Virus record (IMG/VR): IMGVR_UViG_3300028374_000008
Coordinates: 1-64,000 of that record
Reading direction: 5' to 3' (one strand)
Length of the DNA stretch: 64,000 nucleotides
Source of the DNA: a virus
Both the position numbers and the translations under genes were made by a program. Positions 18,496 to 27,004 of the stretch are shown one piece after another. Under the pieces are notes generated by a model. It saw nothing but the letters and a program-made list of their open reading frames with translations. It had not been told where the DNA came from and made no database searches. Numbering within the stretch: the first letter of the stretch is position 1; each line of letters begins with the position of its first letter.

Positions 18496-21400
18496 GACTT
18501 GCCTTTGATCTTAACACGCGAGTTCATTTTTATCTCCCCACGCTTGTACGCAGCGAGCGCATCAGCCTTCGTCGCGAATGTTTTCGTCTTGCCCGTAGCG
18601 CTGTCCTTGGTGGCCATGTAGGCGCCAATGAGCGCCTCATGTGCGGGGAAGACCATTAGATCATCTTTTGAGCGGTCACCAAACAAAAGATTGGAGAGCG
18701 TAATGGATTTGGCCTCGTTCTTGGCGGCGTCACTCACCGGCGTGTGGAGCTGGACAGTATCGCCATCATAGTCAGCATTCATTCCACTTTCAGCAAACGG
18801 GTTGAGCCGAATTGTCTTACCCGGCACAAGCTTAGGGTACGCAGCGACCATGTTAAAGCGGTGCAGCGACGGTGCCCGGTTGAACAGGACAGGCCGGTCT
18901 TGGATCTCAATGTCGAGCTCACGCTTGGCTGCAGGCGCTTGGTCTTTGTAGAGCTGACGCGCTTCGGTCGCAGAGTAGCCGTTCTTGATGAGGCGCTTCA
19001 CGATGAAGGGCTCGTACATGCGCCAACCCATCTGCTCCGGCACACCAAGCTCGTCCAGCCCCAGCGTGTGGTCGGGTGCGATGGTTGCACGCCCTGACAG
19101 GTCTTGGCGCTTCTTGAGCATACGTGAGTGGAAGAACCCGCCTTTGGGTGACCCGGTGCCGGTGATTTGGCGCAAGTGACCTTTGACGCCCCGGCCTTTG
19201 TTCTGCGGGCTGACGGGATCGTTGGTCCCAAATAGCGCCCCAACGGTGTCGTGCAAGTGGCGCCGCTGCAGCTTCATCTCATCAGGGTAGCGCAGTTCTT
19301 CGGGCGTCTCTTTGATGGACTCATTGGCGAGCATGACGTCGCGATAGAGATAGTTGGCGTCAGACACCAGCGTCGTACCATCTGGGTTGGGCGTGATAGG
19401 ACGCACTTTAGGGGGCGTGACGGGCAGCTTTGTAAGTACGTACGCGTCGCCTGGGCGCATCTGTTCTTTGCTAAGCGCCCGGATGTACTTCAGCTTCTTG
19501 ACGGCAGTGTTCCGTGCTGAGCCGCTCCGGGACCGAACCTGCTCTTGGAGATCTTTCTCGAGCTTGTTTAGGTCGAGGTTGTTGAGCATACGCTTGACCT
19601 CTGCGGCGCCCTTGTCGTCGCGGAAATCTTGGAACTCAGACTTTGTCATGCCCAAGAGACGCCGGGCAGGCTCGACAAACACAGGGTTTACGACGGGCTC
19701 TGCTAGGTCAATCTTTGAGTACTTGTCCCCGTCTAAGCCGCCTGTCGCGGCCGGGTCAAAAAGTCCGCCTTTCTCGGGCGCAATCGTGGGCACACCGTCA
19801 ATCTTTTTGGGCTTTACCAGCAAGGCGTTATTGATGGTGCGCTCTGCCATGTCGTCGATGTCACGATCTGTCAGCGGCGCCAAGGTGCGCTTGGTTCCAT
19901 CTTTGTTGACCTTGATGCCTGCGCCGTGGAGCGTCTTGGTAAACTTGTCGTACGCGAAGTTTGTAGACGGAGTGGGCGCAGGCAGGCCAAGCTGTAATCG
20001 ACGCCAGTACTCATCGTTCTTTTGGCCTTTGATCGACGTCACATCAGACAAGATGTTTCGAGCGTTGTGCGCGATGAGCGCATTGAACTCCATCTTACCT
20101 ATAGATTTGGCGCCCTCATCGCCGCCCTTTGTAGGCTGCATGTTGGCGTCGTAGCCAGGACCGATGCCGCGCGCGGCGTAGTTGGTGTCCGTCGACTTGA
20201 ACAGCTTGTAGACGTACTGGCGTCCGACGTGGATGTTGGGGATTTTCTTGTCTGAGAGTGGGTCGTAGACAGTCTCCTTGTCTTTGACCCCATGCTGCTT
20301 CATCAAGTCTTTGGCCCACTGAACGTTGTCGTGGTCGGCAAACTGGTCAATGACGACGGGCTTGCCTGTTTTCTCCGCTACTTTTCCTACCGCGGTTTCT
20401 AGGATCTGATTAGGGTTGATTCGAGTGATGATGCCCGCGGACGTCATCAGGATGTCGAGGGGCTTTTCCTTCTCGTCGCGCACCATCTGGTCGTCGGGGA
20501 CGATTTTGGAGACGACGCCTTTGGCCCCGTACCGGTTCGCTAGCTTGTCGCCCACGCGCATGGGCTCGTCGGTACGGATGGTGACGAGTACTTGGCTACT
20601 CGTGATAGCGACGTCTTCGACTGTGCCTGGGTTGTGGTGGTCCCACGTCACGGCGGCGTCGCGGTACGGCTTGACCAGGGACTTGTGAAGGCGCCCAAGC
20701 ATCTGTTGCTTGGAACTGGCCTGCGAAGACTTCATGGCGGCGATGACAATCTCGCCGTTGTTGATGCGCTGGCCTTTCTTGATGACGCCTTTGCGGTCCA
20801 GCCGGTTGTACTCCGCTTTCGAGTAACGCGACCCGAAGTAGGCTTTGTGCTTGTCACGGTCGAGAACAGTCGACGGGTCGATGTCGATCTTCTCTTTGTA
20901 CATGTGCATCGACGTCATCTTCGACGCAGCGCCCTCCGAGATAACGACAGCGTCGTTTGAGTTCAGCCCGTTGTACGGCATGTACCCCACCGACATGTTC
21001 TTCCCCAACGCGAGTTTACCGTTACGGGTGAAGTTGTTGTCTGCCAGCACCTGGTTCTTTTTGACGCGGTCACCCTTCTTTACTTTGAGCTCGTCGTTCA
21101 GGTACGTCTTCGACATCAACGGAAACATCTGCGAGTAGGGGACTTTGTGAAGCTCCGCGTCGTCCGCGGCTTGTTTCATCATGCGGCCGGGCTCGTCTGG
21201 GTCATACGAAGAGAGCCCCATTCCCTCGTATATTTTCATGAGCGTTTCTTTGTCGACCGCTTTGTCCTTGTAAGGACGTGCACGTAGCCGCAGTACCTCG
21301 CCGCGGTGGTCCTCTGTTATGCGCGCCATAAGCTCACGCGCCAACCCTTGCCCGCGGTTGTCTGGATTTACCCAGACGCCGCTGATCCAAGGCCCATCGC

Positions 21401-23279
21401 CCTCTGTAGAGGTAGGTTTTAGCGACGCATACGCTACGTTTTTTCCATCTATGTGCGCATCGTACCTACGCATGAGTTCTTCGTCGTCGTCAGACCCGTG
21501 GTCATCAAATACGCTGTACGTTACTTCTGATGCGCTTTTCATCCGGTCCGGCCGAATGTAAACGAAGTCTCCGTCGATCTTGTCGATGGTGCCGTCGACA
21601 GGTGAGATTGGAACAGTCATCTCACCGAATTCTTGTTCAACGGTACGATCGTCCCCCGCCCAGCTACGCACTTGGACGTACGGCTCTTCACGCTCTTTAA
21701 GGGGCAGCGCCTGGGTCTGCATCTTCGAGCCCATGATGTTTCGGTTGCCCTGCGCCGACTCCAAAAACGGCACCAGATTCGTAGTAGGCGAGTACATCGA
21801 CGCGGAGGTGGGGATGCTGTAATCGACCTCAGTAGGCTTCACCGATACAACTTTGCCGCGACGCATGGCGTCGACGTACTTACTTCCCGTCAGCTTTTGG
21901 TTAGGGAACGCAATCGTCTTGTCTTCCAACTCGTCTGCCCGCTTGTACTCAACCTGGCCTGTTCGCCGGTTCTTAAGCGGCGCATACATATTGCCGTCGT
22001 CATCGCGCGCCGTGTGCAGCGCCGTGCGGACATCGATACCTGCTTTGCCTGACTCGGGCGTACGGACAGGGTCAATCATTCCGAAGTGGGAGTAGTGGAC
22101 ATCGCGCGCTTCGTCGGGGACGGCCAGGGTCGAGGAGATGCCGCCCTCACCCAGCGACGTCACTTTGACGGACTGGTCGATAATCTCCATCGGGTTGATC
22201 TGCATAGGCGTAGCAGACAGGGCCGACGTCGTGAGGAAGTTGTGCACGGACTTTGAGAACGGCGCGTTGGGCAGCACGTCGCCTACTTTGAGCGCGTCCT
22301 TTGTCTTGGACCGGTTCATTTTTCGTCGGACTTTGGAGCGCACGTCGCGTGCTGCGTCTTTCTCGATGCGCTCTTTGAAGAACGACTCAACGGTATGCAG
22401 CGTCTTAAATGCAGTGGAGTCGCGGTCGTCCTGCTCTTCTTTGTCGTTGTAAACGTTGAGAAGCTTCTGGCTTGCACGCAGGAGCGCCTTGGGCTGGACC
22501 GTGTCGAACTTTTGGCCCAGCGTCATCTGCGTAACGTTGGCGTCCATGCTCGTCGTTTTGTACGACTCTTTGATGGCCTCAATGCGCTCTTCGTGGGACA
22601 GCCCTGTCTTACGTGCAAAAGACGGGATGACCTTTTCGTAGAGCTTTCGGATGTGTTTGTTTTCTTTGCCCGACGAGTACGACTTGTTGATCTTTGTGAC
22701 GTCCGCATTCCACATGCGGGTCATCTTGGAGTCGCTCACGCCAAGGGCAGACAAGACCGCGTACAGCGGAATGCGTGTCGTGCCGTACTGCATGAAGAAC
22801 ACGCCGCGCTCAGGGTCCATCTCCAGGCGGAAGTTGCGTCCTTTGGAGAGGTTAAATGACGCCTCGAGCTGGCCATTTTCGCGTTGGCGTGTGTAGACGC
22901 CGGGCTTGATTCGGACCTGGTTTGCGACCGTGTAGTCGTTACCTCCCATTACAAATGTGTGCCGCTCCGTAAAGTAAGGTAGGTGCACGAGTGTACGCTT
23001 TGATCGGTCGAGGATCTTACCTGACTTCTTGTCCTTGAGAGTCACGGTGCCCTTCAAAGGCTCCACCAGCGTACGGCCTTCCATGAGCGCCAGCTTCTGC
23101 TCAGACGGAGAAAAGACAGTCGGCTTGTAATCGAAGTCTTCAACGTCGAGTTCGTAGTCGTCCGTCGACAGCGAGGGGATGACGTTCCGGATACCGTCCA
23201 TTGCGTGTTGCCGGATGCGCTCGCGGCGGTCTTCTGCGCGGGTCATCAGCTCATACAGGCGTGGTTTGTCGTCAGCCAT
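18492..23279 (-). CDS. Phage RNA polymerase, beta fused to beta' N-half, with internal GNAT domain
   Basis: beta: VRTPESGKAG, MGSKMQTQA, GDKLANRYGAKG, SIGKME. beta': LPVTPPKVRP, KRQDLSGRATI, LFNRAPSLHR, catalytic NADYDGD. Confidence 0.93.
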   Translation of the reverse strand: MADDKPRLYELMTRAEDRRERIRQHAMDGIRNVIPSLSTDDYELDVEDFDYKPTVFSPSEQKLALMEGRTLVEPLKGTVTLKDKKSGKILDRSKRTLVHLPYFTERHTFVMGGNDYTVANQVRIKPGVYTRQRENGQLEASFNLSKGRNFRLEMDPERGVFFMQYGTTRIPLYAVLSALGVSDSKMTRMWNADVTKINKSYSSGKENKHIRKLYEKVIPSFARKTGLSHEERIEAIKESYKTTSMDANVTQMTLGQKFDTVQPKALLRASQKLLNVYNDKEEQDDRDSTAFKTLHTVESFFKERIEKDAARDVRSKVRRKMNRSKTKDALKVGDVLPNAPFSKSVHNFLTTSALSATPMQINPMEIIDQSVKVTSLGEGGISSTLAVPDEARDVHYSHFGMIDPVRTPESGKAGIDVRTALHTARDDDGNMYAPLKNRRTGQVEYKRADELEDKTIAFPNQKLTGSKYVDAMRRGKVVSVKPTEVDYSIPTSASMYSPTTNLVPFLESAQGNRNIMGSKMQTQALPLKEREEPYVQVRSWAGDDRTVEQEFGEMTVPISPVDGTIDKIDGDFVYIRPDRMKSASEVTYSVFDDHGSDDDEELMRRYDAHIDGKNVAYASLKPTSTEGDGPWISGVWVNPDNRGQGLARELMARITEDHRGEVLRLRARPYKDKAVDKETLMKIYEGMGLSSYDPDEPGRMMKQAADDAELHKVPYSQMFPLMSKTYLNDELKVKKGDRVKKNQVLADNNFTRNGKLALGKNMSVGYMPYNGLNSNDAVVISEGAASKMTSMHMYKEKIDIDPSTVLDRDKHKAYFGSRYSKAEYNRLDRKGVIKKGQRINNGEIVIAAMKSSQASSKQQMLGRLHKSLVKPYRDAAVTWDHHNPGTVEDVAITSSQVLVTIRTDEPMRVGDKLANRYGAKGVVSKIVPDDQMVRDEKEKPLDILMTSAGIITRINPNQILETAVGKVAEKTGKPVVIDQFADHDNVQWAKDLMKQHGVKDKETVYDPLSDKKIPNIHVGRQYVYKLFKSTDTNYAARGIGPGYDANMQPTKGGDEGAKSIGKMEFNALIAHNARNILSDVTSIKGQKNDEYWRRLQLGLPAPTPSTNFAYDKFTKTLHGAGIKVNKDGTKRTLAPLTDRDIDDMAERTINNALLVKPKKIDGVPTIAPEKGGLFDPAATGGLDGDKYSKIDLAEPVVNPVFVEPARRLLGMTKSEFQDFRDDKGAAEVKRMLNNLDLNKLEKDLQEQVRSRSGSARNTAVKKLKYIRALSKEQMRPGDAYVLTKLPVTPPKVRPITPNPDGTTLVSDANYLYRDVMLANESIKETPEELRYPDEMKLQRRHLHDTVGALFGTNDPVSPQNKGRGVKGHLRQITGTGSPKGGFFHSRMLKKRQDLSGRATIAPDHTLGLDELGVPEQMGWRMYEPFIVKRLIKNGYSATEARQLYKDQAPAAKRELDIEIQDRPVLFNRAPSLHRFNMVAAYPKLVPGKTIRLNPFAESGMNADYDGDTVQLHTPVSDAAKNEAKSITLSNLLFGDRSKDDLMVFPAHEALIGAYMATKDSATGKTKTFATKADALAAYKRGEIKMNSRVKIKGKS

Positions 23280-23349
23280 ACCGTTCCTTATCCGTCAATT
23301 GTCGCGCCCAAGTCTACACCCAGCGCTGCCAAACTGCCACCCGATCCGT

Positions 23350-23357
23350 GGTATAAG
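23350..23357 (+). promoter_or_regulatory. Candidate promoter element GGTATAAG
   Basis: Same octamer precedes plus-strand genes at 24116 and 44186; TGnTATAAG resembles an extended -10. Confidence 0.45.
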
Positions 23358-23439
23358 TGTGTGCAACACACTCCCCTTGCTCGCATGTCCCAATGCGCAA
23401 GCGGGAGTTTTATTCATTCAAGGGACAACGGAGAAAGCG

Positions 23440-24039
23440 ATGTTCGGTAAGAACAAGGAAACAGTCGCGCCGCAAAACGGCTGGCACCGTCTGGTGCAAC
23501 GTCTGCGTATGAAAGTCCAAGAGCTGTGCGTGCAGCTCGAAGACGCATACGAAGCCCACGCACAGGACGTCGCGGCCAGGGAGGACGCGCTCAACAGCTT
23601 GAAAGTAACCGCACTGCGCATGCGGCAACGCCTGCGCGAGTACAAAGAAGAGGTCGAAGCCCACGCTTCCGACAAGAAGCTCCTTCTGGAGCGAGCAGGG
23701 CGCATTGCTCTGCTAGAACAAAAGCTGCTTCGCCTGCAAAAGGCGATTGCAGCGCGCGACGCCTGGGAGGGTTGCGACGTAGCAACCCCGGCAGGCAGGG
23801 GCACGTGCGTCGGAGTAGGCGCGACCGTGGACGTGCTGCTCGAAGCAGGGCACGTATGGCGCGGAACGTGCTTCGACGAGCTCAAACGCTTGACGGCACC
23901 CGATGCAGACCGCGCACGCGAGCTGCGTCTCCTCCTCGAGGAGCTTCGTGAAGACGGCGCAATCGAGGACCAGCCCATAACGGGCGACGTCGAGCTTCTT
24001 TATTATGGCGAGCAGGCAACGCCAGAGGAGATAAACTAG
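23440..24039 (+). CDS. Hypothetical coiled-coil protein with C-terminal V.TP.GRG.C domain
   Basis: ATG 23440 with GGAG upstream. Confidence 0.7.
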   Translation: MFGKNKETVAPQNGWHRLVQRLRMKVQELCVQLEDAYEAHAQDVAAREDALNSLKVTALRMRQRLREYKEEVEAHASDKKLLLERAGRIALLEQKLLRLQKAIAARDAWEGCDVATPAGRGTCVGVGATVDVLLEAGHVWRGTCFDELKRLTAPDADRARELRLLLEELREDGAIEDQPITGDVELLYYGEQATPEEIN

Positions 24040-24115
24040 TGGATTTCACCGAAATCACTGATCTCAGGCCGCCCCCCAATACGGCCTTAATTTCAAAAAA
24101 CCGCACCCCAAATGC

Positions 24116-24123
24116 GGTATAAG
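24116..24123 (+). promoter_or_regulatory. Candidate promoter element GGTATAAG
   Basis: Intergenic, 80 nt before the 24203 start; matches 23350 and 44186. Confidence 0.45.
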
Positions 24124-24202
24124 AACACGCAACGAGACATGTAGCACTGCCCCTCCAGGCCTACATGTCCAACAATTCAAGAGGGATTAAAGGAGAGTTC
24201 CT

Positions 24203-24778
24203 ATGGGAATTCGTAACGCGCTTATTCGAAAGCTTACCAAAAAAGTAACTGGAGCGGACGCTGTCCGAGCGATCGGGCACGCCGTGAAGGGGGCGGCTAT
24301 GAACGCCCCCCCTGCCGTGAAGGGCGCTGGCGCACTCGCAGCGCTAGGCGGCGCTGTGTACGGAGCTTCCTCCGTACGGAACGCTTACAAACTAAACGCG
24401 GAATGGGTAAACCAAGAGGTGGATACACCTCTTGGTCGCGGCGTCTGCACTTCCGTGCAGGGCTGGGACAACGGAGGGTGCATCCTCCGTTGCCAGGTAG
24501 CACGTGGCGGAAGTGCAGACATCTACCTGTTCCGCACAGAACAGCTCACGCCCGTGCGTGAGCTACCAGAAGTCCCGGAGCTCACGCAGCCTTCGGCTGA
24601 AGAGCCGAAGGCTGAGGTTGAAGAGCCTGAAGAGGTTGAAGAGCCTGAAGAGGTTGAAGAGCCTGAAGAGCCTGAAGAGGTTGAAGAGCCTGAAGAGGTT
24701 GAAGAGCCTGAAGAGCCGAGGGCCCGCGCTTCCCGCCGTAAGGCGGAGAAGGCGGACGACGTGAAGGATGCGTCGTAA
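24203..24778 (+). CDS. Hypothetical protein with hydrophobic segment and EEVEEP repeats
   Basis: AAGGAG RBS; followed by terminator. Confidence 0.75.
   Translation: MGIRNALIRKLTKKVTGADAVRAIGHAVKGAAMNAPPAVKGAGALAALGGAVYGASSVRNAYKLNAEWVNQEVDTPLGRGVCTSVQGWDNGGCILRCQVARGGSADIYLFRTEQLTPVRELPEVPELTQPSAEEPKAEVEEPEEVEEPEEVEEPEEPEEVEEPEEVEEPEEPRARASRRKAEKADDVKDAS
24614..24716. repeat. 18/9-bp tandem repeat GAAGAGCCTGAAGAGGTT
   Basis: Exact reverse complement of the unit at 1..87. Confidence 0.95.
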
Positions 24779-24792
24779 GCCGTAAGCAGCAC

Positions 24793-24828
24793 AGCCTCTC
24801 CCCACTTCCGGGGAGAGGCTTTCTTTTT
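24793..24828 (+). terminator. Intrinsic terminator between convergent genes
   Basis: AGCCTCTCCCC-ACTTCC-GGGGAGAGGCT then TTCTTTTT. Confidence 0.85.
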
Positions 24829-24830
24829 GC

Positions 24831-25208
24831 TCACATCGTATCTTCAAAGGACGCAACCCCTTTGGGGTCTTTGTTCTTGTCCTTGTCTTTGTCTTTTTTA
24901 GGTGTCTTGTCGATCCAGGCAAGCGTCACGGTGGTGAGTCCGTCTTTGTCGTGTGCCCACTTCTCTTGTCGGACCATCTTTTTCCCCATCAAGACGGCCG
25001 TCATGATCTCTTCAAGCGACGACACGTCTGACGCCTGAGTGAGGTCAAACATCTCGTAACGCGCGTTGATGTGAAAGCCCTCAAACATGTCTGCGTCTTC
25101 CTCGACCTTCTGGCCAGGGTGAGAGCGCAGCTGTTTTTTGACGCGAGCGTCGACGGGGCTTTGCGGTGCTTCAGGGCTATTGAAGTGTACGTTGTCTCGA
25201 AATCCCAT
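24831..25208 (-). CDS. Hypothetical protein downstream of portal
   Basis: 125 aa with AAGGA RBS. Confidence 0.65.
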   Translation of the reverse strand: MGFRDNVHFNSPEAPQSPVDARVKKQLRSHPGQKVEEDADMFEGFHINARYEMFDLTQASDVSSLEEIMTAVLMGKKMVRQEKWAHDKDGLTTVTLAWIDKTPKKDKDKDKNKDPKGVASFEDTM

Positions 25209-25217
25209 AGTGGTCCT

Positions 25218-26933
25218 TTATTGTACGGGCTGCCCAGACTGTTGCTGCGCCAGCTCGAGGCGTTGAATGACGACGGAGTAGAAGACAAAGTCTTCGTTTT
25301 GCATCTGCGCCAGCATACTGCGGCGCTCGCCGTATGGCATCTGCATAAGCTGCTCGACCTGCATGTCCGCGTCGGCAATCATCTTCTGCTGATCGTATCC
25401 GTAACCCTGGCCGTGCCCGGCTTCCTGCGCGGCCTGCTCAGCGATCGAGGTCTGAATCTTCTGCATCTCTCGGTCCTGCTTGAGCTGCATACGCATCTGG
25501 TTAAGCGCTTCTTGCTGTATTTGGTCTTGCTCTTCGTCGTAGTCGAGGTCGAGGGTCTCCGAGATGGTGCGTCGTGACATCAAGTTGTAGGAGGCGTCGG
25601 CCTGGAGCATCATCTGCTTCTGCTGGATGTCGTCGATAAACTTGAAGTTGGTGATGTCTGCTTCGACGGTGTCCCACCCCATGTAGCCAGCAATCGAGTC
25701 GCACATCCACTGCAACACATCTTTGATGTCTGCGGTGTGTGAGCGGAGCTGGTTCTCGAGCATCCGAAGAGTCACCGAAGATCCGGTATAAGAAAGTCCG
25801 CCGTACAAAAACTCTCGTGGCACTCCAAGCCCTGCGATGATGTTGTCCTCTGCTTCTTTGATCTCCCCAAGCGTCATCAGCGTTCGGCCCTGGCCGCCCA
25901 TCTGTGTTACGCCAAGTGCAACAGGCGCGAACATGATGTGGAGCGGGTCTTGGCGCCAACGTTTGATCGATTTGCGCGTCTCTTTGACCCACTGCGCATA
26001 CGAGATTGTAATCGCAGGGTCACTCGAGCCAGACGTCTGCGCAGGATGCAGAACCCGCATAGGAACAAGGTGGTCCATCGCGATGGCTTCGTTTGCCTTG
26101 CGTAATATCTCGGCGTAGTAGAACTGTTTCATCACCGCCATCAGAGACGGGAACCCCCACGCACTGGCAACACCTGCTGGGGCATGCGTCTTCATGTGGA
26201 AGATTTTCCCCTCGTCGAACTCGAACGTGGCGTCGTCTTGGAGTGCTGCGCGGATAAACCCTTTGGGCGTATCGTTGAGCATCGTAACGTCTCCCTCGCG
26301 GATGCGTTCTTTGAGCGCCGCAGGGATGTTGTAGTGATATATGATGCGCCCGGTGATGGGGTTTTCCTGCAGGTCAATCTGCTTCGGGTCCCACCGGATG
26401 ATGTTGATACGGTCCGGGTCGTAAATCTTAACGTCTACGACATCGTCGAGCTTTGTAGCCGACGTCTGACCGCAGTTCTTACATGAGAATTTGATGCTGG
26501 GATTGTTTTTGTCTTTAGCCTGAAACGAGTACTCGCCGATGCGCCGGATGTCCCACTGCGACCCGCAGTTTGAGCACGGGACCAAACGCTTGAACGGGAA
26601 GTACATCGACGAGAAGCTGTTGCCGTAGAGCTTGCGGTCCCGGGAGAGCGCTTTTAGCAGGGATGCGCCATGCATCGATTTGTTAATCAGGTCGTCGTAC
26701 TTGCCGCGCAGAACATCGTTTGGTGTGGTGAACGTTATGTCCGTGATAACGTAGTCGCCCATCTTCTCGAGCGCCTGCATGATGTGCGGAGAGTTGTAAT
26801 AAACGTACTCAATCCACCGGAACAAATCCTTGAGCTTTCGCGGCATGAACCCCGTCAAGTAATTGAACATAGGGTTCGGGTGCGAATTTGACCCACCGAA
26901 TAGGTCGGTAGGCTCTCGTACAATCGAACTCAT
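25218..26933 (-). CDS. Probable portal protein with Zn-ribbon insertion
   Basis: 571 aa; LYGNSF, IFHMK...WGFP, IIAGLGVP...GG.SY patterns; CSNC...CKNC insert. Confidence 0.75.
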   Translation of the reverse strand: MSSIVREPTDLFGGSNSHPNPMFNYLTGFMPRKLKDLFRWIEYVYYNSPHIMQALEKMGDYVITDITFTTPNDVLRGKYDDLINKSMHGASLLKALSRDRKLYGNSFSSMYFPFKRLVPCSNCGSQWDIRRIGEYSFQAKDKNNPSIKFSCKNCGQTSATKLDDVVDVKIYDPDRINIIRWDPKQIDLQENPITGRIIYHYNIPAALKERIREGDVTMLNDTPKGFIRAALQDDATFEFDEGKIFHMKTHAPAGVASAWGFPSLMAVMKQFYYAEILRKANEAIAMDHLVPMRVLHPAQTSGSSDPAITISYAQWVKETRKSIKRWRQDPLHIMFAPVALGVTQMGGQGRTLMTLGEIKEAEDNIIAGLGVPREFLYGGLSYTGSSVTLRMLENQLRSHTADIKDVLQWMCDSIAGYMGWDTVEADITNFKFIDDIQQKQMMLQADASYNLMSRRTISETLDLDYDEEQDQIQQEALNQMRMQLKQDREMQKIQTSIAEQAAQEAGHGQGYGYDQQKMIADADMQVEQLMQMPYGERRSMLAQMQNEDFVFYSVVIQRLELAQQQSGQPVQ

Positions 26934-27004
26934 TAGGCACTCCTCGCGTAGTCTTTGCCGTATCTCAATGTACTACCCAACCCGAACAACCTAAAGGACG
27001 CATC

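Noticed and set aside
21168-21542. Intein in RNAP (also considered for the helicase and polymerase inserts)
   Set aside because: No C-terminal His-Asn splice junction and no LAGLIDADG motifs.
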